Sequence record: LR756501.1
Length of the DNA: 64,000 nt
Reading direction: 5' to 3' (one strand)
Positions 28,596 through 36,506 of the stretch are shown here, piece by piece. The notes under the pieces were generated by a model. The model was not told the DNA's origin. It ran no database searches and was given only the letters and a program-made list of their open reading frames with translations. A program made the translations under genes and the position numbers. The first letter of the stretch is position 1. Each line of letters opens with the position of its first letter.

Positions 28596-28977
28596 CAGCT
28601 TTATAATCAGCTAATATATCACCACCAATTATACCATCAATAGTAGGATTACCATTAGTCCTAAAATGTTCGTTAATGAATTCCAGATTCAGTAACATAG
28701 TTTTGTAATCTCTTATGATTACGTTTCCTATTCTCATTTCGTCTATAACGATATATTTACTTTTAATATTACCACTGCCAACAGCAACTATTTGTTGATC
28801 ATTACTTTCTGCTTCGTACTGACTTATTTCCTTTTGTTTTTTTATATCAAATAAAGTCATAGAAGAACCAGTATCTACAAGCATTCTGAACTCTTTACCG
28901 TTAATGTGAACACGGCATAGAATATGATAACCATTTCTGAGGTTATCTTCGATTTTTAGAATTTCAATAGGTATCAT
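28558..28977 (-). CDS. Retropepsin-like (clan AA) aspartic protease
   Basis: MLVDTGSS catalytic motif and IDGIIGGDIL C-terminal motif. Confidence 0.85.
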   Translation of the reverse strand: MIPIEILKIEDNLRNGYHILCRVHINGKEFRMLVDTGSSMTLFDIKKQKEISQYEAESNDQQIVAVGSGNIKSKYIVIDEMRIGNVIIRDYKTMLLNLEFINEHFRTNGNPTIDGIIGGDILADYKAVIDYEKREMRLS

Positions 28978-29840
28978 AAAAGTTTTTTAGCGTCCTTCTT
29001 CTTTAATTGTGGCATATCTTTTCTATCACTAAATAACTCCTTTGGTTTGGGAATTTGTTTCATATTTCCTCTTATATGTTTAAGAGGGTGATTTTCTAAC
29101 TTTAATTTCTTTCTAAGTTTCTTATAAAACGGTTTAGTAACATCAGTACTTATATTATCTAAACCTTCAATTGTTTTCGGATATTTATCAGATTTCTTCT
29201 TCTCTTCACCTATACCAACACCACTCTTTATAGCCTTCTTAATAATCGAATTCATTTTCTTAAATAACTTATCCTTCTTCCAATCCATAGCGTCAAAAAT
29301 ATTAATTTTATAAGTATCTTTTAACGTATCTGTTTCTTTTTCAGATGCTTCTATTATGGCGTTTATAACTGGCAGAGCGTATTCTATTGGTATTTCTATT
29401 TCAGTGCAATCTAACTCACATTCTGGATTTAATATAAAGGCACATAACCATCTATGGTGTCCATCTATAATGTGACCATCAGAGCTGATAAGAATATCGT
29501 GATCTTTAAATCCGCCTTTAAGTATTTGTTTTCTATCACCGTCATTTACAACTAATCTGGAAAGAACATGATCAAGGAATATTTCTGTTTGACTAGGTTT
29601 TAAGTCACAGGCTTTAAATTTTTCGTTCTTCACTTTAACGTCAGGAGAAATCTTATCATCGTAATCTTTCATAAATTTATCCTTGTTACCGTCTTTAGAA
29701 AGAAACTGATTAATCTTCTCAGTCATGTCCTTGAGATTGATATCTCCTTTATCGTCCATAACGCCAAGATTCTTAAGCATATTGTTATACTTTTTATATT
29801 TCTTGGATTCAAATAATGAGTATTTTATTACATTTATCAT
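28974..29840 (-). CDS. ParB/Srx-like nuclease-domain protein with putative capsid-targeting N-terminus
   Basis: LKPSQTEI...ILISSDGHIIDGHHRW; N-terminal MINVIKYSLFE. Confidence 0.75.
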   Translation of the reverse strand: MINVIKYSLFESKKYKKYNNMLKNLGVMDDKGDINLKDMTEKINQFLSKDGNKDKFMKDYDDKISPDVKVKNEKFKACDLKPSQTEIFLDHVLSRLVVNDGDRKQILKGGFKDHDILISSDGHIIDGHHRWLCAFILNPECELDCTEIEIPIEYALPVINAIIEASEKETDTLKDTYKINIFDAMDWKKDKLFKKMNSIIKKAIKSGVGIGEEKKKSDKYPKTIEGLDNISTDVTKPFYKKLRKKLKLENHPLKHIRGNMKQIPKPKELFSDRKDMPQLKKKDAKKLL

Positions 29841-29991
29841 ACCATCCTATATATAAAAAATTGATTTGGAAAAAAATGACTTTTTTAATTGAATATATAA
29901 AATCGTTAAAAAATGTTAAAATTTTTTTAAACTTTGATAAGATTGGGGGATAAGAAATATAACATTTTTAAAAAATAAATAAAGAAGTAGT

Positions 29992-30240
29992 ATGAAAAAA
30001 TTATTTGGTATTTTGGTAATCGCAGCCGTTACATTTTTGGCTGTATCTTGTGGTCCATCCGCTAAGGAAATTGAAGCTAAGAGAATTCAGGATTCTACAT
30101 TTGTAGCTGACTCTTGTGCAAAAGTTGCGGCCGCTCAACAATTAGTAGCTGATTCAATTGCAAAAGCTGATTCAATTAAGAAGGCTGATTCAATCGCAAA
30201 GTTACCTGTTAAGAAAGCAAAATTAGGAAAGAAAAAGTAA
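29992..30240 (+). CDS. Lipoprotein with ADSI repeats and Lys-rich tail
   Basis: Signal peptide II (..LAVS-C), repeated xADS[IC], KKAKLGKKK end. Confidence 0.8.
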   Translation: MKKLFGILVIAAVTFLAVSCGPSAKEIEAKRIQDSTFVADSCAKVAAAQQLVADSIAKADSIKKADSIAKLPVKKAKLGKKK

Positions 30241-30262
30241 GTTAAAAACTCACTTTAAACAG

Positions 30263-30290
30263 AAAATCCCGATTTAACGGGATTTTTTTT
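30263..30290 (+). terminator. Intrinsic terminator (probably bidirectional)
   Basis: AAAATCCCG-ATTTAA-CGGGATTTT followed by a T-run. Confidence 0.85.
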
Positions 30291-30292
30291 GC

Positions 30293-30391
30293 TTAAAAGA
30301 TTATAGAAAGAATGCCTAAGGTCGCTATTAAAGCCAATATCCATATTCTAATCTGGTAATCTAAACTCTGAAAATTAAAATTTGTATCCAT
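30293..30391 (-). CDS. 32-aa single-TM peptide (below ORF-track cutoff)
   Basis: MDTNFNFQSLDYQIRIWILALIATLGILSIIF*; preceded by TTAATATATA and AAGGA. Confidence 0.6.
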   Translation of the reverse strand: MDTNFNFQSLDYQIRIWILALIATLGILSIIF

Positions 30392-30455
30392 TTTTCCTTT
30401 ATATATTAAGGAAAACTGGTTAAAGTTGATGTTTTCAGATTAACAAATTGTTAAA

Positions 30456-30647
30456 TTAAGAGTACCTAATAAACTGAATTACAACAATTATAGCAGATAC
30501 AAATGCACTAAAAATAGCAAGGGCCGCTCTAGCTCCTTCAGTCCACATTGATAAATAGAAGGTTCCGTTCCCCAATGAGAATAATACGTAAACCAAAGCA
30601 ATAAAACAAGCGATTGCTGTAAATGTCTCTTTTAAAAACTGGTTCAT
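30456..30647 (-). CDS. Two-TM membrane protein
   Basis: Two hydrophobic helices. Confidence 0.7.
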   Translation of the reverse strand: MNQFLKETFTAIACFIALVYVLFSLGNGTFYLSMWTEGARAALAIFSAFVSAIIVVIQFIRYS

Positions 30648-30649
30648 AA

Positions 30650-30958
30650 TTATTTATTTTTTCTGATTAAAATTACACTATCATTCTGATAAACAACATC
30701 TTTCATCATATATGTTATATGATACTTTCTTTTATCTGTTAATTTAACAATATCAGTTGGAGTCATAATATCTCCTTCCATTTTTTTAGCAAGGTTGGTA
30801 GAGTCAGCCATACGAATAGAGTCAGCCCTGAATATAGAATCAGCTATGGCTTTCATATATAACTCTCTAGCACTTGGCCCACAGGAAGTCCATGTTAAAG
30901 ATACAAATCCAAATAGGAATATCATTGGAAAAATCCAGGGACGATTAAGTTTTTTCAT
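30650..30958 (-). CDS. Lipoprotein
   Basis: ..TWTS-CGPSAREL with ADSI repeats similar to 29992; C-terminal NDSVILIRK. Confidence 0.75.
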   Translation of the reverse strand: MKKLNRPWIFPMIFLFGFVSLTWTSCGPSARELYMKAIADSIFRADSIRMADSTNLAKKMEGDIMTPTDIVKLTDKRKYHITYMMKDVVYQNDSVILIRKNK

Positions 30959-31146
30959 TATTCAGTTTTATTATCTTTAACGTATTTAATATCATAGAGA
31001 ACCATAAGAATTGACGCAACTATCACAATTATACCAAATGGTTTAGCAAAACCGTCATTTGTTCCGAAGATTAAGACAAATAACCCCATTCCTAAAAGGC
31101 AAGCGTCAATGAAGAATGTAAAATATTTGAATAATAGGTGTATCAT
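30958..31146 (-). CDS. Two-TM membrane protein
   Basis: Two hydrophobic helices. Confidence 0.7.
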   Translation of the reverse strand: MIHLLFKYFTFFIDACLLGMGLFVLIFGTNDGFAKPFGIIVIVASILMVLYDIKYVKDNKTE

Positions 31147-31147
31147 A

Positions 31148-31489
31148 TTATTTCTTTTTAATTACAATAATACTATCGTTTTCTGATAAAATACTCCCTG
31201 TAACAACTTTACTAGTTGATTTATCTTTATCTACTATGATAATAGAATTATCTGCTTTTCCTTCTGTATAAGTCAAAGAAGTAACAGTTTTCGATGAATT
31301 CCTCACCTTAGCAATATAGATACTCCTCATTGAACTTGGCCAGTAGACATAGAGATCAACGGTATCTCCACCAATAACACAAGGCTGATTTGATGTTGCT
31401 TGGGATTCTCTTAAAGTCCCCTGTGATTCACAACCAAAGAGTAAGAATAATCCAAGGATAATTGCGATAACTATTAAAATCTTTTTCAT
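31148..31489 (-). CDS. Lipoprotein, paralog of 31491..31850
   Basis: LLFG-C lipobox; PCVIGGDTVDLY...ENDSIIVIKK. Confidence 0.8.
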   Translation of the reverse strand: MKKILIVIAIILGLFLLFGCESQGTLRESQATSNQPCVIGGDTVDLYVYWPSSMRSIYIAKVRNSSKTVTSLTYTEGKADNSIIIVDKDKSTSKVVTGSILSENDSIIVIKKK

Positions 31490-31490
31490 A

Positions 31491-31850
31491 TTAGAGTTTT
31501 TTCTTGATTAAAACCATACTATCATTTTCCATAACAACAGTTCCCTGAATTCTCCTGTAAGGATCACCGTTCAGAACAATAACTGATTCGTCGTGTTTAC
31601 CAACTCTATACGTAAGATTTGTGGTGGAATAGTTTTTGGATTTAGCGATCCAAATCGCTGAACCTTCGTATGTATAATACTGATAAAGGTCCAATGTGTC
31701 GCCATTTATAACACAAGGTTTATATTTAGTGCTATCGGGACCCGCAAATTTCTCAGTTGTGCCAGCGTCTGTACACGATGTGAATACACCAAACATTGAA
31801 AGGGCAATGAGTCCCAAAAATACTAAATTACAAAATTTAATTCTTTTCAT
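31491..31850 (-). CDS. Lipoprotein, paralog of 31148..31489
   Basis: VFTS-C lipobox; PCVINGDTLDLY...ENDSMVLIKK. Confidence 0.8.
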   Translation of the reverse strand: MKRIKFCNLVFLGLIALSMFGVFTSCTDAGTTEKFAGPDSTKYKPCVINGDTLDLYQYYTYEGSAIWIAKSKNYSTTNLTYRVGKHDESVIVLNGDPYRRIQGTVVMENDSMVLIKKKL

Positions 31851-32020
31851 TTTTCTAAAGTCTTTAATTGTTTTTCCATTCTTTTTGCCACCTTCTTATA
31901 TGTAATCATATCCTTGTGCTGTTCTATAAGAAGATTATATACTGCTTTCATTTCGTCAGCACTCATAACAAACTCAAGACGAATTACATCGTCACCAGGT
32001 TTAATTTTAATATATTCCAT
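31847..32020 (-). CDS. 57-aa hypothetical protein (below track cutoff)
   Basis: MEYIKIKPGDDVIRLEF...QLKTLEK*; TAATG overlap upstream and ATGA overlap downstream. Confidence 0.65.
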   Translation of the reverse strand: MEYIKIKPGDDVIRLEFVMSADEMKAVYNLLIEQHKDMITYKKVAKRMEKQLKTLEK

Positions 32021-32136
32021 TAATCTTCGTCTGTATAATCAGAATTTGCCCAACGGACCACATCGTCCATATCGTAACCAGGATTCAAAAAGATAACTTC
32101 ACCATCAATCTCGATGTAAACATTTTCGTTTGCCAT
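32020..32136 (-). CDS. 38-aa acidic peptide (below track cutoff)
   Basis: MANENVYIEIDGEVIFLNPGYDMDDVVRWANSDYTDED*; translationally coupled to the next ORF. Confidence 0.55.
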   Translation of the reverse strand: MANENVYIEIDGEVIFLNPGYDMDDVVRWANSDYTDED

Positions 32137-32161
32137 TTTCTTTAAGTATTAAAGGGTTAAA

Positions 32162-32479
32162 TTAATCTGTTTCAGTTGTATATGGTTCGTAATAATTATC
32201 GAATTCAACAATTATATAATCACAACCTTCTGATTCTTTGAGAATTTTAGTCATAAAGTTAATATCACCGTCGTAGTCAGGAATCCATGTCCTACCAGCA
32301 CAGTCCATAACTTCTTCACCCGTGTTTAAATCGTTGGTAATTTCTAAACATTCTTTAATGTCTGATACCTTTACGGCGAAAGAGGATTCCGCGTTGAATG
32401 CTCCACAAACATTTGTGAGTAATTCGTATTCTGAATCCACAAGGATTTCTTTCTTAATAATATAGGATTGTACTTTCAT
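32162..32479 (-). CDS. Hypothetical protein
   Basis: ORF track; upstream TATCTTTG. Confidence 0.7.
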   Translation of the reverse strand: MKVQSYIIKKEILVDSEYELLTNVCGAFNAESSFAVKVSDIKECLEITNDLNTGEEVMDCAGRTWIPDYDGDINFMTKILKESEGCDYIIVEFDNYYEPYTTETD

Positions 32480-32496
32480 TTTCGTATTTTTCTAAC

Positions 32497-32515
32497 ACAA
32501 AGATATGAAAGTTTT
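32497..32515 (-). promoter_or_regulatory. Possible Bacteroidota housekeeping-type promoter element (TAnnTTTG)
   Basis: Minus strand reads AAACTTTCATATCTTTGTG upstream of 32479; TAnnTTTG is the known Bacteroidota -7 consensus. Confidence 0.4.
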
Positions 32516-32533
32516 ATTTACTAAAAAAATATT

Positions 32534-33535
32534 TTAGTATAAATTTCCGTTTACAACTTCTACTCTAAATCCTCTCTCCTGTAGCTCTATGTGTAATTCT
32601 TCTATATCAAGATCTCCGTGATAAAGTAAATCACCTTCAGCGGGCTCTTCAAATCCCATTCTTTGTAACTCAGGATATTGATTTAAAATATGTTCGTCAT
32701 ACATTTCACCACTATCAAGGAAAACACCAGCCCCTATCTTAGCGTCCTCTGGTACAGTTCCTAATCTTAAAATAAAATCTTCTTTTGGTAACGCAATTGA
32801 TTGAGGTACAACGTTCTTAGGGTTACATGAAAGTTTACCACCGTCATCAAATCTAATTGATATTTTACCGTCTTCTTTTTCTTCTACAAATTTAGCACTT
32901 TTATTGTTGTGTTCGGATTTAGCGTTTTTATAAACAACTTTATCGCCTTTTTTGAAATTTGATTTTGCTGGGGCTTTACCACCGTAGAATGTATCTGGTA
33001 CATCAAATGTGCCTGGTCCCCATTCTGCTCTACCTAATCTTTCCTCGGGAATCTCTTGATATCCTTCAGGAACTTTCTTCTTTGGTTTTGGTTTAGGTGT
33101 ACCAGCGGCGTAAACATTTTTAGCGTTGGCTGCTAATTTTTTCTTATCGTCAAAGACTATTCTATATTTACCGTCATCTTCTCTTATACCAACAAAAACA
33201 CCTGTTTTACCATCGTGCTCTGATCCTTCTTTATAATAAACAATTCTATCACCTGCTGTTGGTACATCACCATCGTTATCATTTACAGGTTTAGCTGGTT
33301 CAACTTCTTTATCAACATGAACATTTAACATCTTATTCAGATAATCTAAATCATCGTCGTCTTGATGAACAGGACTATTACCTGGTTTATTATCAGGATC
33401 GCCACCTTTACTAAGTTTATCTAGGAGAACTTTTTCATCTGGTGTTAAATTTTCCAAACCTTTATCAAGGAGTTCGTCAATTTTAGCTTGATCTTCAACC
33501 CCTTCATTGATGAATTGTTTATATCTTTTTACCAT
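32534..33535 (-). CDS. Putative head-packaged protein with two KOW/SH3-like repeats
   Basis: MVKRYKQFINE; GDRIVY..GSEHDGKTG..IVFDD and GDKVVY..KSEHNNKSA..IRFDD. Confidence 0.75.
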   Translation of the reverse strand: MVKRYKQFINEGVEDQAKIDELLDKGLENLTPDEKVLLDKLSKGGDPDNKPGNSPVHQDDDDLDYLNKMLNVHVDKEVEPAKPVNDNDGDVPTAGDRIVYYKEGSEHDGKTGVFVGIREDDGKYRIVFDDKKKLAANAKNVYAAGTPKPKPKKKVPEGYQEIPEERLGRAEWGPGTFDVPDTFYGGKAPAKSNFKKGDKVVYKNAKSEHNNKSAKFVEEKEDGKISIRFDDGGKLSCNPKNVVPQSIALPKEDFILRLGTVPEDAKIGAGVFLDSGEMYDEHILNQYPELQRMGFEEPAEGDLLYHGDLDIEELHIELQERGFRVEVVNGNLY

Positions 33536-34125
33536 TATTCTTTTTTATTTTTTTCCCACCATCTTGCACCAGTTGCTGGTGGTGGATTCTTTTTAGCTTC
33601 TTCTTCTTGTGCTAATCTCTTAGCCTCTTTTTCAGATCTTTTAGCTTTTCTTTCTTGTTTTTTTATTTCCAAATCGGCTTTTTTCTTAGCAATCTCTTCT
33701 TCTCCGAGTTTATGTCTTAAATGTGGTTTACTTACAGCAACAAGTTTCTTATCATCAAATCTAACTACAATTTTACCGTCTTCTCTTAATTTGTGAACCA
33801 TTCCTAGTTGATAACGTCTGCCCCCAGTATTACCGAGATAAACCACTTCTTCCCCAACATTTATTGGTGTTTTAGGATCTTCATCTCTATCAAAATCCAT
33901 ATCTAAATCTAGTTCTCTTTCTTCTATATCTTCATCTGGTTCTCTACCGTATTCATCTGGATCACCGTCGTCATCGTAGTAATCACCGCCGTCACCATCA
34001 CCTGGTTCACCGCCATCATAATCGTGATAACCACTAAAACTATTTCTACGTTCTTCAGCGTCTAATTCCTCAGGACTACTATACCATTTAGCAGCTTCAA
34101 CAAAGGATTTGTAATTCTTGGTCAT
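33535..34125 (-). CDS. Putative head-packaged acidic protein with one KOW/SH3-like repeat
   Basis: MTKNYKSFVE; D/E/G-rich tract; GEEVVY..REDGKIVVRFDD. Confidence 0.75.
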   Translation of the reverse strand: MTKNYKSFVEAAKWYSSPEELDAEERRNSFSGYHDYDGGEPGDGDGGDYYDDDGDPDEYGREPDEDIEERELDLDMDFDRDEDPKTPINVGEEVVYLGNTGGRRYQLGMVHKLREDGKIVVRFDDKKLVAVSKPHLRHKLGEEEIAKKKADLEIKKQERKAKRSEKEAKRLAQEEEAKKNPPPATGARWWEKNKKE

Positions 34126-34172
34126 AACTCTAACTTATTTTCTTCTATATATTAATATGGAAAAATGAAAAT

Positions 34173-34955
34173 TTAAATTGTTGTTTCTAAAATAATCATG
34201 AGATTGTAATCGTCATACTTAGCCAGTATGAAATCCTCAAATACATATATCTGTATGTACTCTGATGGATTTATTGTATTAAAATATGCCTTAGGGAAAG
34301 ACAGTATAATATCTTCACTTTCAACTTCTTCCGTGATGTTTAAATGCCACTTGGTTTCACCGATAGTTAAAGCCTTATTAACTACATTAATGTAGAGAAC
34401 ACTCTTAGGTTCGTTTTCTATGAGTCCTCTTTTCTTAATCTGTAAGAAATCAGCCCTATCTAATCTGAAATTGAATTTGGAATTATCAATATTCATAAGG
34501 AAATTAATATCATCAATACTGATTTGAGATCCAATAGCGATAGGGTCACTACCAATAACTTTTTCACTCATCTTCTTAGTATCAAAACTAATATAATTAA
34601 CGTAGTTTTCGTCGTTGGCTGATATTTTACATTTTATTTCTTCTTTGTATATAAGGAAGTTCTCTAATATTCTGTATAGTTTTTTACCGTCACGTGCTAT
34701 AAAGAATAGAGGTTCTTCTAGTTCGCCTTTTTTAATAGTAAAAACTTCTTCAAGAGAGAAGATATAACTTTTGAAAGCATGTATATTTTTGAAAGTCTCA
34801 CCCACAAAAGAAAATAATAGGACGTTGGTAGCGTCTATTTTCATAACTACTCGTTGGTCAATTGAAGTCAAATCCTTTATTTTCTTTAAAAGATTTGATA
34901 ATTGATCAACTGATGATGTGAATGTTATATTTGTGTTTCTATCTACGACAGGCAT
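34173..34955 (-). CDS. Probable DNA sliding clamp (gp45/PCNA-like)
   Basis: 260 aa with a two-repeat beta-alpha-beta pattern (LSNLLKKIKDLTSID..; FNFRLDRADFLQIKK..; FPKAYFNTI..IQIYV). Fold inferred by eye. Confidence 0.5.
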   Translation of the reverse strand: MPVVDRNTNITFTSSVDQLSNLLKKIKDLTSIDQRVVMKIDATNVLLFSFVGETFKNIHAFKSYIFSLEEVFTIKKGELEEPLFFIARDGKKLYRILENFLIYKEEIKCKISANDENYVNYISFDTKKMSEKVIGSDPIAIGSQISIDDINFLMNIDNSKFNFRLDRADFLQIKKRGLIENEPKSVLYINVVNKALTIGETKWHLNITEEVESEDIILSFPKAYFNTINPSEYIQIYVFEDFILAKYDDYNLMIILETTI

Positions 34956-35030
34956 ATCAATAATTAATGTTTTATTTTATACGATTTTATTCTTTAAAAG
35001 TTTTGTTTAAATATTTTAATATATAGCGTT

Positions 35031-36497
35031 ATGTTGAAAAACTATTGGACATATATTAAAGAATCAGCAGATGGTTTAACAAAATTAATAATTTGTATTC
35101 ACAATATAGAAGACTATAACGTTATAGCTGAATTTTTGGATTTTGAAGGGTTCAAATGGGGCAACGAAAGAGTAATCACATTAAATAGAGATTATAATTG
35201 TTTTAAAAATGAATCTCCAGATTTTTGTTTCATTTTACACGAACCAGGGGCTTTGGGATACGGTAGAAAACACGGTTTAATGGGCCCAGGTTGTGATTAT
35301 AACAGTTACAGTTTTATGGAAGGAGTAGATTTCATTGATGAATATATTAATGATAACAAAAAACCAGCAAGAGTAAGATGGTATAAAAAAGGTAAACTAA
35401 ATGAGTCTAAAGAAGATATTGGTAGGAAAGTTAAAATGAGAGATGATTCTCGTTATTACGACGAAGCTTACGGTAAGTCTGGGGATGGTTACGGTGTAAT
35501 TTACGAATGGACTCCTTGTCCAGATTACGCTAATATGGAAAATTACCATTCGTACTCAATAGAATGGAGTAACGGTGTTAAAGACGGTTATCAAAAAATA
35601 GATTTTGATTTTATAGAAGATTTAGAACCAGAACAACCAGTAAAAGTAAGATGGTACAAAAAGGGGAAATTGGTGAATGAAAAAGATAGTTGGGAAGAAG
35701 AAGAGGTCGGTCGCACTTTAGTTGGAAAAAGAGTAAGAATTAGAAAAGATTCGCAATTTTACAATCAAGCTTTTAGAGAAGGGAACGGTAAAAAAGGAAT
35801 AGGAACAGGTATAATCACACATTACGTATATAGTGACGATTACCCTTTTAGTATTAAATGGGACGAAAGTGGAATATCGTTTGGTTATCAAAAAAGAGAT
35901 TTTGATATTATAGAAGACACAGATGAACCAGTTAGAGTAAGATGGTACAAAAAAGGTAAATTAAATGAATCTAAAGAGTATATTGGAAAAAGAGTGAAGA
36001 TGAGAGAAGATTCAGCGTATATTAATCAGGCCTACGGTTATCATAACGAAGATAACGGTGAAGGTATAATAACTGATTACATTAGCGAAGAAGAAAGAGT
36101 AGCAGGCGGACTCCCATATAGAATTACTTGGGATAATAAACACAGCAATTCTTACAATAGAAGAGATTTTGATTTTTTAGACGATTTAAAACCAGGAAAG
36201 ATTAGATGGTATAAAAAGGGTAAATTGTTAAATGAAGGTAAGAAATATATGTACGGTGATATTTGCACTCTTATTGGCACTGATGAAGATGTTAAAATTC
36301 TAGCATTTAAAGATTTTATACATGTAACAGAATATCAAATTGAATATCAAAATGGTAACATAAAATGGGTGCCAGAAGCGTGGTTACAATTTAAAGGGAA
36401 AACTATATCCAAACCAAAACCAGTAGATCGAATAAGATGGTACTCGAATGGTAAGTTAAGAAATGAAAATAAAAAATTTATATATAACAAAAAATAA
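35031..36497 (+). CDS. Five-module polyprotein with [VI]RWYxxGKL(x)NE linkers; modules 2-4 are paralogous SH3-like domains
   Basis: MLKNYWTYIKE; five linker copies; repeated G[RK][KR]V[KR][MI]R.DS.[YF]...A...G.G.I...Y.I.W...DFD. Confidence 0.85.
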   Translation: MLKNYWTYIKESADGLTKLIICIHNIEDYNVIAEFLDFEGFKWGNERVITLNRDYNCFKNESPDFCFILHEPGALGYGRKHGLMGPGCDYNSYSFMEGVDFIDEYINDNKKPARVRWYKKGKLNESKEDIGRKVKMRDDSRYYDEAYGKSGDGYGVIYEWTPCPDYANMENYHSYSIEWSNGVKDGYQKIDFDFIEDLEPEQPVKVRWYKKGKLVNEKDSWEEEEVGRTLVGKRVRIRKDSQFYNQAFREGNGKKGIGTGIITHYVYSDDYPFSIKWDESGISFGYQKRDFDIIEDTDEPVRVRWYKKGKLNESKEYIGKRVKMREDSAYINQAYGYHNEDNGEGIITDYISEEERVAGGLPYRITWDNKHSNSYNRRDFDFLDDLKPGKIRWYKKGKLLNEGKKYMYGDICTLIGTDEDVKILAFKDFIHVTEYQIEYQNGNIKWVPEAWLQFKGKTISKPKPVDRIRWYSNGKLRNENKKFIYNKK

Positions 36498-36506
36498 TAC
36501 TTTTAA

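Noticed and set aside
35373-36460. Diversity-generating retroelement template/variable repeats among the repeated linkers
   Set aside because: No reverse transcriptase in the window; the repeats are short, in-frame and differ mostly at synonymous positions rather than template adenines.
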